A stretch of 64,000 nucleotides of DNA from the human T2T-CHM13v2.0 reference genome, Homo sapiens, in the NCBI RefSeq assembly GCF_009914755.1, contig NC_060939.1. The stretch is one strand, 5' to 3'. The position numbers and the translations under genes are program-made. This document shows, piece by piece, positions 18,427 to 56,444 of this stretch. Every line of letters begins with the position of its first letter. Position 1 is the stretch's first letter. Under the pieces are notes generated by a model. That model was not told the DNA's origin. It was given only the letters and a program-made list of their open reading frames with translations, and ran no database searches.

Positions 18427-18782
18427 TGCCGTGGATTGAATATGTGTATCCCCTCCCCAGATTCATCTGTTGAAATCCTAACCCCCAAGGTGATGGTATT
18501 AGGAGGTGAGCCTTTAGAAGGTGATTAGGTCATGAGCTAAGAGCCCCCAGCAGTGAGATTACTACCCCATGAAAGGACCCCAGAGAGTTCACTCTGTCTC
18601 TCTCTCCCCATCACATGAGGATACAAAGAAAATTCGGCCATCTGCAACCCAGAAGACATCCCTTGCCAGAACTCAACCATGCTGGCACCACAATCTCATT
18701 CCAGACTCCAGAATGTGAGAAAGTGCATTTCTGTTGTTTATAAGCCTATGGGAGTCTAAAGCAACCTGAATGGACTAAAATA
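18427..18782 (+). mobile_element. MLT1A-like MaLR solo LTR
   Basis: tggattgaatatgtgtatccc...gttgaaatcctaacccccaaggtgatggtattaggaggtg...ctgttgtttataagcc. Confidence 0.8.
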
Positions 18783-19214
18783 GGTGATGAGAAAGTAAAG
18801 CACAGAGTGCATATGAAACTTTCTAGACACTTGAACATGACGCTGTCCTGGGAGCCCTTTGGTTATATTCTCCTCCAAAAGCCCAAAGACCCTGTAGTAC
18901 CATCACACAGCTATTTTGTTTTGCATATTTTTCTGGAAAAAAGGATAAAACAAATTATGACTGCGTATGATTCAAAGTCCCACCAAAATCTGTATGCCCC
19001 TTTCTCACAAAGACACATTTTACATCTTTGTTACAAAATTAATATGGGTTCTTTTTCTGAAAGTTCCTAGGATAACTCTTGTCCTCAAATTGTGCCAATT
19101 ACTGAACAGAGAGGGTTCTGCCTTAAATGAGGAAATGGAATTATGATTGGAACACGTCATTGCTGATTATCGCTGCTCCCAAAAGAAGATGTAAAGAGGT
19201 TCAGGTTCCTTCCT

Positions 19215-19540
<326 letters not shown>

Positions 19541-19773
19541 TAGACTGGTTGTGGATACTCTGTCGGTTCCCCAAGAGGATGGAGAATCCAGTTCTCCCTG
19601 GATATATTTTTGTAAAGTACACCAAAGGAGAGGACTAAAGCCACTGTAGAAATAACCAGGGCTGTATGATGTTGTAGAGAGAAAAAGGAAAGTAGAATGA
19701 ACCCTTAGGACTGGTGTATAGGTTTCTTGGTGTCTTGACATTTCCACCACATTTCTTATTTTAAAGAAACTGA

Positions 19774-20243
<470 letters not shown>

Positions 20244-21269
20244 CAGGGAACACCTTTCATGGAAAAGACGAGCATATTTAAATGCTGACACACTGTGGGC
20301 AGAGAGTCTGGAGACAGTGGGAGAGACCTGGTTTTGCGGTTCTAGGCCAATAGGAGGGGTGGGATTGAGAGCCCAGGAGCAGGGACTGGCCTTCGAGAGA
20401 AAGGGGTGAGCATTCAAGCAGGGTGTCTGGTGAGGGCTGGGAGGGAGAGATCAGGAAGTTGAAGGAACTCTCATCTGATGGATTCTCTTTGTTCTGTGCA
20501 ATAGGAAGAGAGGGGTTAGTGATGGCAGAGGGATGGGAGGGATGCTGAGCTGACAGAAGGTTTAGAAAAGCTGGTAGGAGGAAGGGAGAAAGAGCCGGCC
20601 AGGGAGGTAGAGCAGGCTGGTAGGAAGCGTCACAGGCACTGTGGGTGTTCCCCCAGTATTCATCTTCTCTTCTTCCACGGCGATGGAATATCACTGGTCA
20701 CTCAAAGACCAAGGGACAAGGGTTGGGTTTTTTATTTTGTTTATGTGCTTGTTTTTTTTTTTCCCCAGCCCAAACATGTTTATCATGAACTCCCTTTTCA
20801 GAGCAATGAGAAGCCTCAACATACTTCTTTTTTTTTTTCTTCTGAGAGAGGGTCTCACTCTGTCTCCAAGGCTGGAGTACCGGCATGATCATGGCTTATA
20901 CAGACTTGACCTCTGGGATCAAGCAATTCTCCCACCTCAGCCTCCCAAAGTGCTGGGATTACAGGCATGAGTCACCACGCCTGGCCCCCAACACACTTCT
21001 TGACAGAGTCTGTGGTATCTGCAACCTGAGAATACACACAAAATGCCCAAGCGTTATTCTCTGCACCAAGGCTGCATTTCCCAGGACTCTGACCCCATTT
21101 GCAAAAAGAGTCCAGCAGCAGTGAAGGGCCCAGTCTAAGGTGTCACTATTCATCTCATGGCTACCCTGGAAGGAGAGGGGGGCTCTGCACTACAGGATGG
21201 TGTGAATTTTGCCCAGCACTATGTTTTTAATATTCATGTATACTGACTTTTCTTTTTATTAAAAAAGTG

Positions 21270-21626
<357 letters not shown>

Positions 21627-22172
21627 CTAGTTTAAAGAAAACATTACTAAGAGCATTCATCTCTGACTGCATCCCTTCTCCCTGCCCTTAAGTACCTGCT
21701 CCCTGCTCCCTTGAGTCTGGGATCTTTCCTTCCCACGCCTCCCACCATGCTGGCCCAGAGAGGAGGGCGTTCCGTGGTGCAGTGCATTGCAGGTGGGTGA
21801 ACAGGCTGCACTGCAACATTGCAGTAACAAATAGAGAAATCATGAAAGCAACAAAAGAGAGATGAGAACTGTACTTTAGAGATACAAATACAAGCAATTG
21901 CAGAGACCGAGACCAAAAGCTTAGGTCATTAATATGTTAGCGTAGACACGGTGACAAGTCCAATGGGTGGCTATCTTAGGACACAGAAACCTGTCAGTGA
22001 ACAAACCACAGGATAATGACAAAGGGGCCTGGACTAGGACTGACGCCTCCAAGCTGTTCCTAGCCAAGGTTTCACCAATATTCAGGTGAGGAGGGATTGC
22101 CATTTAAAACGGGAGTAAAGTTGTGGCCACACCAGTGTGTTGTTATCAGGTTTGGTATTAGCTGGCTGGTGA

Positions 22173-24065
<1,893 letters not shown>

Positions 24066-24134
24066 CCACCAGGCCTTGGTGACATTCCTGACCACTGGAT
24101 AAAGCCTCAGCTGAGGCCAACCTGAATCCAAACC

Positions 24135-24315
24135 ACTAGTTTTCAACGCTCACTACACATTAGAACTACCTGGCAAGCTTCTAAAACTAGCCATGCTTTG
24201 GCCCCACCCCAGGCCAATTAAATGAAAATCCCTGGGAATGAACCTCATTACTGGGAGTTGTCAAAGCTCACCAGGTAGTTCTGTTGAGCAGCCAGGACTG
24301 GGAATCACCACTCTA
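24135..24315. mobile_element. MER5A-like hAT MITE
   Basis: cacattagaactacctgg...ggccccaccccaggccaattaaatga...ccaggtagttct...gcagccagg. Confidence 0.7.
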
Positions 24316-25043
24316 GGCCACTGTTTTTCGAACTGTCTGTAATAACAGCAGTTTTCCGTTTCATTTTCAGTTTTATTGTTATTTTATTGACTGATACTTT
24401 TGTAACACACAATAAAGATGAATCATATAGCTTCATCCACTGGAGGTATCCTTTATAAAAAGTGGTTCTTCTATGCCTCTTAAACCCAGGTGTTCTCGTT
24501 ATCCTGTAGCATCATCAACAAGGTAGGAAAGAAGGGTCATGCACGTGGATCTTGCAGCCACATAGATATCTTATCGTGGACCAATAACAGTTTGTGGACC
24601 ACTGTAGTCCAAGGACTGCACTGCAGCACTGTCAAGCTTTCTTGACTATGAGTCAATAACTTCTTTTTATTGTTTAAAGTAATTTTCAGTTACAAGAGGC
24701 AGATTCCAATTGAAGCACTCTATCACAGCCATATCCATCTAGGCTGCAGTCATCGGATGACATGTTGCTCTCTCTTTCTATCTCTCTCTTTCCCACAGGA
24801 GAGATGCAGCCATCCCAGAGTATGTGCGTAGTCATGGTTTATTTGATGGTGACTGTGTGATCACTGTGCACTCTCATTCTGGCTCCCTTTCCAGAGCAGC
24901 ATTAACACAGGTGATACAAACTTCCCTTTCCGCCACTGTTGACACTAAAGGAAATGAGAACATCTGGGTTTAAGAGGTAATGGAAGCACCACTTTTTTTT
25001 TTTCATAAAGGAAACCTCTAGAAGTCACATGATTTGGCGGTAC

Positions 25044-26235
<1,192 letters not shown>

Positions 26236-26364
26236 CTCTTTTTAAACACAAAAATTACATAATTTTTCAGACAATCTGTTTTGCCATATTGAGAGGCCTT
26301 TGCATTAAGTCTGCTAATGCCCTGACAACCACCACATCACTTGGGATTTGGAGTCCCTTTGGGT

Positions 26365-26550
26365 TAGAGCAGGGTTTCTCAACTTCGGCACTATTGACAT
26401 GTGGGCTGGATCATTTTGTTCTTTGGAGGCTGTTCTGACACTGCAGGTAGATGCCAGTAGCACCTCCCTAGTTGTGGCAACCAAAATGCCTCCAGACATT
26501 GCCCAATACCCCTGGGGGTGCCAAAATCATCCCCCGTTAAGAATCACTGG
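26365..26550. mobile_element. MER20-like DNA transposon relic
   Basis: cagggtttctcaacttcggcactattgacat...gccagtagcacc...ccagacattgcc. Confidence 0.8.
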
Positions 26551-28042
26551 ATGTCCTCTGGGATTCTACGGAAAACTTCCTGGAACAAACCAGAGAAAAT
26601 CTGACTCCTGATGTCACATCCATGCCAGCTTCCTGCCTCTGTTTCCCCATTTGTCCAGTTGGGATCATGACTACAAGATAAAACAGCATATGGTGGGAAG
26701 CAATGGGACCTGCAAGGAGTCATCGTGGTACTCATGAGGAGCAGACATAAGGTCACAAGCAGCACTGCCCTGGAACTGCATGGCACTGTGCTGGCTTTGC
26801 CAAGGTGGTAGGGCATCCCACTGAACTGACTCAAGTCCCCAGGATTGCTCCAACTCTTGTATTCCCTCCAGGCCTCTTTTTAATGTTAGCGTTGTTTAAG
26901 ATCTTTCATTTTACTGTCAAAAAGAGAAAGTCTCATTTAATTCATACCAGATGCTGAGTGAGTCGTCATGAATCAATACAACATTATCCAAAAACCACCA
27001 AAATGAATCATAAGGATAAACAGGATTTTTTTCTCCCTGCAAAACAGTGACTAAAATAGTGCCTTGCCCTTTTAGAAAAAAAAAAAAAAAAATCTGAGGT
27101 TAGGAGGAGGCCTAGGGCCCTGCTCATGTAATCCACGTGTCCGTGAGCATGGAATGGTTCAACTGCAGGTCCTAGGGAGACAGTGTATGAGGCCTGCAGC
27201 TAAGCCAGGCAGACACGGGCTGGAGAAGGTGTCCCAGAGTTAGGATTCAGGAATGGGGGTCCAGCAGCCCCCTGAAACTTATGCAATCCTCTGTTTCCAT
27301 CCCAGTCTCAAAGCTGTCTGTGACTCAGAGAAGTTTTGTCACCCTCATTATGGATGAAGAGGCTCTTGGGAACTGTGGAGGGTCTTCTGGGAGGTGAGCA
27401 TCCCAGAATTCTTCTGCTGCTGATAAAGCTAAGGCAGCCCATCAGCCTCATGAGCACTTATTTTCTCAGTCCTTCCTCTACTGTGATCCTGAGAATGCAC
27501 TCTGAGTATGTAGGGGAGTCAGAAATGGTGTTTGTCCTCTCTGGGGCAGCAGGGAGGCTGGAGAGGGAAGGCTCTGGGCCCACCTAGGCACTCAGACTCT
27601 GACCCTTGAATGGAGGAAGCAAAAGCCAAGAAGAGGTTGGGGCTGACACATCTTTACAGTGTGGCCAGATGAGACTCTCAGTTGGTTCCAGCTTCTAGGT
27701 CCCCACGGCCTCCCTGTTTTCTGTCTTTTCCAGACCAGGCTCTTCAATTTCCCCTTCCATGTTGTGAGGGACTCCATAGCCTTCTTGTGAATTTCCCTTG
27801 GGGTCGGGGGTCAGTGTCTGTTTCTTGCCACCGCAGCACCAGGCTGGTTGTTTCTGTAAGAGGCTCTGAGAGCTGCGCCTCCCACATCCCTCACCTCCCA
27901 GACTTGTGCAGGAGTAGTCAGGAACATGCGGAGCTGGAACCACACTCGATGGCACCCACGAGGTCAAGTCAGAAGGGCTCCCTTCTGGTAAGGCAGAATC
28001 AGAGCCAAGGAGGCTGAGCGTTCCCTGCAATCACTGCCATCA

Positions 28043-30280
<2,238 letters not shown>

Positions 30281-31444
30281 AACCTGCTTCCTAGTCTCTG
30301 GCTCCTCTCTCTCGGCCTGTCCAACCGCTTTATAAGTTGGATGTGGGTGGTCAATACAGTGACTCAGAACTACCAGTTCTCAGACATTTCCCTCCCAGCC
30401 CTGCATAGGTGGTCTAGCATCCCATGCTGGGATTGGGAGGGGCTGCCCTGCCTGTCTGGGGCCTCAGCCAAGCCTGAGGCAGAAGGAGCCTGCTAACTAC
30501 CATCCAGGTGCTCATTCGAGGCCCCTCTTCTCCTCGCCTCAGGATTCTTTCCCATTCCTATTTACTCAACCTCTCCCTCCTAACTAGAACCTGCCCACTG
30601 ACATTTAGACATATTTAAATCTCTCCTGAAATTAAAAAAACAAACAAAAAACTGCTTTGAAAACCCCAAATCTCCTTGCAGCTACCTCCTAATTCTCTCC
30701 TCCCTTTCAAAGCCAAACTTGTGAAAAAGCTGTCTGCATCCACAATCTCCCTTTCCTCACCTCCCACGCATTCCAGTCTGGCTTCCCCCCTCATCAGTCC
30801 CCAGAAGCATCTCTCCCTAAGATGGTCAGCGATGCTCAGACCGCCAGGCTGAGCCTGGAGAGCAGTAAGCTGGCCTGGCCCGGGCAGGACCTTGGCCATG
30901 GGAGCAGCAGTAGGGTACACAGTGGTTGGTGTTACCCAGGGTTGTCAATGTCAACTGCAGACGATAAACTAGAACTTCTGTGCAGTTCCAGAAAGAATAT
31001 CTGGCCTTGAGTCCTGAGGCTATGCCAACACCTACTTACCTTCATTGATTCATTCATCCATTCAATAACTCTTTACTGAGCACACTTGGGCCAGACCCTG
31101 AGGTAGGCACCTGTTATAAACTTGGTCTCTACCCTCATGGAGCTAACTGCCTGGGCATTGGTCAGAGTCATGAAAATACACAAAGACGACCGAGATGCTT
31201 GATGGAGAAGTACAGAGTGTATTACTGTGGGATCAGATCTAGCCTGAAAGGTCAAGAAGAGATTTTCAGGCTGGGATCTGACCAATGAGTAGGAATTAGC
31301 TAGTCCGGGAGGAATGGGGAGAAAGAGATGATAGAAGACTGGGGGAAAGGTGTCTCTTGGGGACAAAGAAGCCAGGGATTCCAGAATTGAAAAGGACCAG
31401 GAGGAAGCAAGTAGGGAGGGGTGGGGAGAGCTGGACAGAAATTA

Positions 31445-31744
31445 TTTTTCTCTTCTTTTTGAGATGGAGTCTTGCTCTGTCACCCCGGCTGGAGCGCAGT
31501 GGCACAATCTACACTCACTGCAACCTCCACGTCTGGGGTTCAAGCAATCCTCCTGCCTCAGCCTCCTGAGTATCTGGGACTACAGGTGTGCACCACTATG
31601 CCCAACTAATTTATTTGTACTTTTAGTAGAAACAAGGTCTCACCATGGTGGCCAGGCTGGTCTTGAACTCCTGAACTCAGGTGATCCGCCCGCCTCAGCC
31701 TCCCAAAGTGTTGGGATTACAGGCGTGAGCCACTGTGCCCGGCT
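31445..31744 (-). mobile_element. AluS flanked by L2 relics
   Basis: Antisense Alu consensus. Confidence 0.9.
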
Positions 31745-33592
31745 GAAATTAGGTTTTTCTCTCTGCCCCTCAGCCTTTGTGCCAAGCCTTTCTCCTGCCT
31801 CACTCTGAAGGACTTTAGCATCCTCCACTCCCTTGATGTGGTCGACCCTTTTATTTCTCTTTCTCCCAGGACTCTGTCATGCCCGAGCTCTTGCATGTGC
31901 CTCCTCTGACCTGAATGTGAATGTTCTACAGAGCTCTACCCAGGCCTTACTCCCCTTCCCAACTCTTTTTCTTGACATCGTCTCCCACATTAGACTGTCA
32001 CTTCTAACAGATCTCCAGTCCCAGAACTCTCCCCTGAGACCCAGGTTCAGAGATCTCCTTGCCCAGTGATCATCTTCACACAGATACCCTGCTCACTATC
32101 TTAAACACAGCAGATTGTAGAGTTAGAAAATGTTAAGTCTCACTTTCGCTGAGAAAATGTAGAAAGTAACATAAAGCAGCCAGGTGTGGTGGCATGCACC
32201 TGTAGTTCCAGCCGCTTGGGAGCCTGAGGCAGGAGGATCGCTTGAGCCCAGGAGTTTTAAGGCCGCGTGGAGCTATGGTCACACCCTGTACTCCAGGCTG
32301 GGAAACAGAGTAAGATTCTGTCTCTTAAAAAAAATTAAATTAAAAATAAGCTAAAGCCTTTTTGTCCCCAAAAACTTGATTAAAAATAAATCAACGAAGA
32401 CACAGAATCTTGAACAGAGCCTGAGCCTTCCACCTGAACCTATACACTTGACGCAGATGGTGGGCTGAGACTAGCCTTTCTTTATGCCGATAAGGAAACC
32501 GAAGTCAAACGAGCTTTGATTAGTTGATTAATCATGTTGAAACAAGGTCCCAGTAAAGCTAAATTTAACTGTGGCCTGCTCTAGATTCCAAATTGCATGC
32601 TTCCTCTTTTATAGTTTTTGCCAACTCATTGTAATTGGATTGCTGAGTCTGAGTGATGGGTATATGAAGACTTCATTACACTTCTCTTTTGTGCATATTG
32701 AAATTTTTCATAATAAAAATCTAAAAGGAAACAATGTCTCTTTTTTTCTTTTCTTTTAGCCTGTCTTGGCTACTTGATTAGTGCTTGTCTACAATGTAAC
32801 TCTTAAACTTACTGCTATGAGAGAATTGCTTGGACTCATGAAACACGCTTTTTGGAGGAAATTAGGTGATATGAGACATATAACTATGCCCTGTAGTTGC
32901 AAATGACATCATTAGTGAATTAGTTTTCTTTTTGCTTCTTTTCTTTGTTCTTCTAACCATATGTGTGTGTAAATGTGTGCGTGTGTATACCCTGAGAATT
33001 TCTGTGCAGGGAGGAAGTGGTTCAATCTGCTTGTCTCTGAGCAGCCGTTGGCTTTTAGAATAAAGAAATGACTCTGCCTTGTTTCTGATTCAGATGCAAC
33101 ATGAGGCTTGTTTTCATCCATGAGGTCTAAATTCAAACACCTGTCTTCTCCCCCTATAAAACATAATCCTCTTTCCCCATAACATTGAAGGAGAAAAAAA
33201 AACTTGGCTTTACATGCTGTTTAGGTTAGATCTGTAAGAGGAGCTTAAGTGCTGATTACAAGAAACACTGAGAGAATGAAAACTAGTTTGGAAACCTCAT
33301 GTGGCTCAGAAAACTCCATATGACAAAGATACCACACAGCTTATGTAGGCATCCAGGTCAGAAGGGCAGGTGCACAGGAGCCTAATTTGTAAAGGCCATT
33401 GTCATATTCCATCTAAGGACTGACTCAGCCCTCCCATTCCTTCAACCATAACTTTTATTCCTTTCCACACCTCTCCCACTACTGTCTTCATTTCAGCAGA
33501 AAAAGACAATCTCTCTTGACCAAAATATGAGGCCTACAATAGTAGCATTTGGCACATTTCACCCACCTTGTTTAAATTTTTATTTTGATATA

Positions 33593-33929
33593 CAGTCATC
33601 CCTGGATATCCATAGTGGATCGGTTCCAGGACCTCCCTCAGACACCAAAATCCATGGATGCTCAAGTCTCTGATATAAAATGGGGTTGTATTTGCATATA
33701 ACCTATGCACATTTTCCCATATACAGAATGTTAAATCATCTCTAGATTACTTATAATACCTAATAAAGTATAAATACTATGTAAATAGTTGTTATATTGT
33801 ATTATTTAGGGAACAAGGACAAGAAAAAAAAGTCTGCACATGTTCACTACAGAAAATAAAAACATTTCTTTTGATTCAAGGTTGGTTGAGTCCACAGATG
33901 CAGAACCCATGGATATGGAGGGCTGACTG
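33593..33929. mobile_element. MER2 (Tigger-derived MITE), near full length
   Basis: Terminal inverted repeats cagtcatccctggatatccat ... atggatatggagggctgactg, preceded by TA. Confidence 0.85.
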
Positions 33930-34019
33930 TTAAGTTCAAACATAGAGAAATCCCATAAGCACAGTATAAGAAACGCTATAACTTTTACTCTGGCCCCATT
34001 TTTTTTCTCTCTTTCTTTC

Positions 34020-37250
<3,231 letters not shown>

Positions 37251-37431
37251 ATGTCTTCCAGTAACTGTGAGTCCCATGTGAGCATAACTGACAAGAAAAG
37301 ACACACAAGTTCTTAGCATGTTGCTGGGTCAAAGAATAGCATTGTTTTCTTAGTCTGGTGAGATGATGAATGAGAAAATTATAGTTATAGCCAAGTGAGT
37401 GCCAAAGACTTCAGGAGGCAGTGGGTTTTTA

Positions 37432-37832
<401 letters not shown>

Positions 37833-38079
37833 TCATTCCATAGCAAGAAGAACAGAATCACAACCAACAGCCCCTGGTGGCTGCTCCTCATGAAGCACAA
37901 ATGATTGCAGTGGTTGTTTCCCTGGCAGCTCCTGTTTTTGTGTCAAGGGCAAAGCTCTAAGCAGCATTGCTCTGTCTCTTCATTCCCCTCCCTGCCCACA
38001 TTAGAGAAGTATTTTTGCAGTCATGGATTCAAGGCCAAAGGCCCCTATTAGCAATGTTTCAACGAAGTTTTTTTTCTGG

Positions 38080-38138
38080 TGTGTATCCCAATTTTAGGAT
38101 GTGTATCCCAATTTTAGGATGTGTATCCCAATTTTAGG
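38080..38138. repeat. Perfect 20-bp tandem triplication
   Basis: gtgtatcccaattttaggat twice, then gtgtatcccaattttagg. Confidence 0.97.
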
Positions 38139-38174
38139 CTGCACATGGCAGCATGGTTTATCAGGGATGGTTGG

Positions 38175-38670
38175 TTTCTTAGGTTGGGTTCCCGAAAACA
38201 AATTTTGAGACAGAAGCAATGTGCAAATGATTTATTAAGGAAGTGCTCCCAGGAGAAACAATTAAAGGAATGCAGAAAAGAAGTAAAGGAAGAGGAAGAT
38301 GCCAAGCAAGGCTTTGATGCTGGCCATGTCCCAGCCTCAGCCTGATGCAGAGGTGAGTTCTGAAGGGGAAATTACACTTTATAGTTTTGTTCCACTGCAG
38401 TGAGGGAGCTGGGCTTTCACATCAGTGAAAGTGCAGGCTTTCCTGCACCAGTCAGTGGTTATGAACACAGGTAGGAAGGACACATAAACTCTCAGGCCAT
38501 TCTCACTCCCTTTATATGCTGGTGTGCACAGCAACCCCAGCAGACCAGGTGTGATGCCCTCAGGTACAAGCCACTGGAAACAAAGGTCACAGAAAGTGGA
38601 GGATAACAGGACAGAAATGGTAAAAGGGATCCAGGGGGATACAGGTGAAGCACCAACAGCATCTGCCACG
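38175..38670 (-). mobile_element. ERVL-type solo LTR (LTR33/LTR16-like)
   Basis: tcttaggttgggttccc...tgagacag...gtgcaaatgatttatt resembles my recollection of this family. Confidence 0.55.
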
Positions 38671-39091
38671 GTAGGACATGTGAAAAGAAGGCCTTGACAC
38701 GCTTTTTATAGAATGCTTTGTACTAATTTAGGAGGATATCATTTAATATATTATTGCTTTTAAGTGGGTTCCCCTGGGAGTATAGAGGGACGTGTCATGG
38801 GCCAACCCATTAATATTTCAAGATGAGAATGTCTCTTTGACAGCTGTGCATCTTATACTTGCAAGAACTCTGGGAACTATCTAGGCCATTTGAATCAGGT
38901 TTCTGCACACATCTTGACCAATTTAGTTTCTGAAATTCTATTTTGTCATTTTATACCCCCCCACCCGCTGATTCTATAGTGAAAGTCAGTAGTCAAAGTC
39001 TTGTTGCATCTGAAAGCCTTCACAGACTTCCTTTCCCATTTGACCTATGAGGTTTGTGTCTCATTGTATTAAAGGACAAGGATATTTCTCT

Positions 39092-43470
<4,379 letters not shown>

Positions 43471-43849
43471 AAAAGAGGATATTTAAGAGATGCTAATGAA
43501 GCAATTACTTACTAAAGTATAGGTAGGGTTCAGGGAACCACAAAGAATGAAACTAGCAACAGAAGGAAACCACCACCACACTTTTTAGTTGAGAGGGCAA
43601 AAGGAAGGAGAGGTTCTTGAAATCTGATGTATAGCTACAGCACAAAAGCCACCTGACAGGGGTTATGACCTTGGGCAAAGGATGCAGCCACCAGTGAACC
43701 AGGACCTGGCTCTGTACTCCCACCCTTTGATCTGTTGATACATGTCACAGGCCAAACCCAGCCTCCTGATTGACAGAGAGAAATGAGTCTGAAGGACCAA
43801 TCAGAAAAAGATCTAGTACATCCAACTTCAATTTGGCTTTAAAAAGTTA

Positions 43850-44766
<917 letters not shown>

Positions 44767-45286
44767 TTAGGGCATTTTATTATTTCATTAAACAACATTT
44801 CCTGAAGTAGGGCAGCTAAGCCCCATGGTTGGTGGATTTGCTGACGTTGTGAAGGGCCCTCAGTCTTTCTGTCTTTCTCTTCATTCCATCCTGATCACAA
44901 GAAGGCTGCTGCAGCTCCAGATGCCACAGTCAGCCTCAGCAAGGATTAGCAAAAGAGAATGAGTCTTCCTGGGGGTCTCTTTTAAAGAATGAGGAAACTT
45001 CTTGGAAGCCTCCCCATGAAATCTGTCTCATGGGCCAGAACTGTATCACATGTCCATGCTGGGCCAATCCTCATCCAGGGAAAAGGTACCCAGCTAATCA
45101 AGATTTGCCCCTGAGCTGGGGAAGGTGTTGGTTGGCGGAGGGGAGCATAGATGTGCCTACAAAAACCAAGATTCTGCTAACGGAAAAGAGGGAAGAAAGG
45201 CTTTGTGAAGGCAAAGGTGTATGAAAAAGACTGCAAGACAATTGTGAGGTTTTTAGTAGACTGGAGGTAGAATAAAGATGTTGGAG

Positions 45287-46194
<908 letters not shown>

Positions 46195-46891
46195 TGCTGG
46201 GTTTACTGGGAGGCAAAGCATAAGGGTAATATGACCAGCAGAGATGAGTAAAATGTAATATTTACATATTCGACAGTTGATAGGAATTGCATTTTGGTTT
46301 TTAGAAGGAGTGCTGAGGTGGAGCAGCCCCATAAAGAGGGACACCAGGATGAAAACACAAGAAGCCTCTACCAAGACAGCTGTCCTGGCCACAGAACACA
46401 GGCTGGAGGCAAAGCAGGTATTTTCCAGCGTAAGAAGAATGATCACAGGCACTAGGGCGTTGTCTCCATTAGTCTGTGTTTGTATAATGAAGGTTGTTTT
46501 TTTTAATGGAAGAGTGAACTGCTTACTGTAATCAGGGATACCTAATGCTAGGACTCATTTAAGGGAAGAAAAAGCCTTTTAGATGTTAAGACCAAGGTAA
46601 TCATTTGACATTGCTAGCTTGAGTTAGATGTAGTAGATGTTTTGTATCTGAAGTATATTTTAGTATTTACTGTCAGCTAAGGCCAGACATGTCCAAGAAG
46701 CTATGCATTTGTGAACTTGTGGTGAGCCCAGGGCCCTTGAAGATACCTACTTCTCTAGAAGAAAATGAGTGTCTCTTACTGATTTGTCATGTTCAAGTAA
46801 TGGACTTGGAACAGACATAATTATGATTTATTTTAATAGCTTTGTGGCCCTTTTGTACACAAGAAGGAAGGTAGATTAAGAAATCTCTTTT

Positions 46892-49330
<2,439 letters not shown>

Positions 49331-50114
49331 GTATCCTAAAAAGGCACAGAAACTGACAGAACCCAGGCATCTCTGGAATTGGGAGTGAAAGGAGGTCCAA
49401 AATAATGAGAACTGGGTGAAAGCAGTTTGAGATGCAGCTAGATCCTGAGATCCCCTCACCCACTCCATACTTATTAGCAACTGCCCCTCCCTTGTCTCCA
49501 AGAAGAGGCATTAGTACCTACAGATGGTAAAATAAAGGTCTGTGGACTGAGGAAACCAGGCATAGTTGAGGATGTGAGTACTGTACCAAAAATAAGGGTT
49601 TAAGTGACTACTGCTATTGAATGTTAGATGCTGAGTCCAGCTCTATTCTCCCACTGGGCTCCCTGAGCATTACCAGGAGATTGGAACATTTAAAGAGGCT
49701 TCTCTGGGGAATCCAAGCGGCCTGAAACACCTAAATAAAGTGATCCTGGAGGTATCCCAACATAGGGCCTCCCCAGGGCACATGATAGTGACAAGCACAA
49801 TTCGTAAGCCCTACCCAAATTCCCATTGGTCTTTAGTCCCTCTCTTATAATGATAAGACAAGCAAATATATCCAGATATTTGATATTGTTCCACGGATCT
49901 CTGAGGCTTGCCGTATTTTTCTTCAGTCCTTTTTCTCTCTGTTTTTCAGACTGGATCATTTTTCTTGATCTGTCTTTAAGTTGCCTATCTTTGTCTTCGG
50001 CCTTCTCTATAAGAAGTCAAGTCCATCTTAAATACTTTTTGTTTCAGTTATTATACTTTTCAGTTCTAGAATTTCTAGATGGTACTTTGCTATAATTGAC
50101 ATTTATCTGCTTGG

Positions 50115-52597
<2,483 letters not shown>

Positions 52598-53227
52598 TTG
52601 TTTTTATTTTCTTCTAGTATCCTCCCTTCCCCCCGCCTTCAGCCATTTAAGCAATCTATGTGTCTATTGGCTCAGATGAGAGATGAAATGGTAACAAAAG
52701 TGGAAAACACTCCGAAACAATAGTTTCTGAAAGAAACTAAACCTATTCTTAATAATAGGTAATAATAGGTAAAGTTCTTTAGGGAGACCAGATTAAAAGA
52801 CCCTTAAGCAGTGGGAGACAGAAGTGAGGCACTGATATGAGAGAGCAGTGACAAGGTGGCTCCAAGGAAGAAAGGCCTGAGGCCCTGATTCCTGGGCTGC
52901 ATGCCAGGGAACAGCAGGACCCCAGAGATGGCACTGCGTATAGGGTGTTTTGGTTGGCAACGCCACAGGCACTCTAAGATGTCCATGCCCTTGTTTGACA
53001 CTGAAGCAACAGAAAGATTCCCATGGCCCCCAGGCTGTAAATAGAAGTGGAGGGAGGATGCCCCAGATTTGAAGAAGGCATAGGCACAAGAACAGGCCAC
53101 TTCTGTGTGACCTATGAGGAAAGATGATTATAAGGAAAAATTGCCCTCCAACTCACATCTTGGCACAAGGTAAGACCCTAGAACTCACGCACCATCCAGC
53201 AGGAAGGAAAGAAAACTCCAAATTTTG

Positions 53228-56444
<3,217 letters not shown>

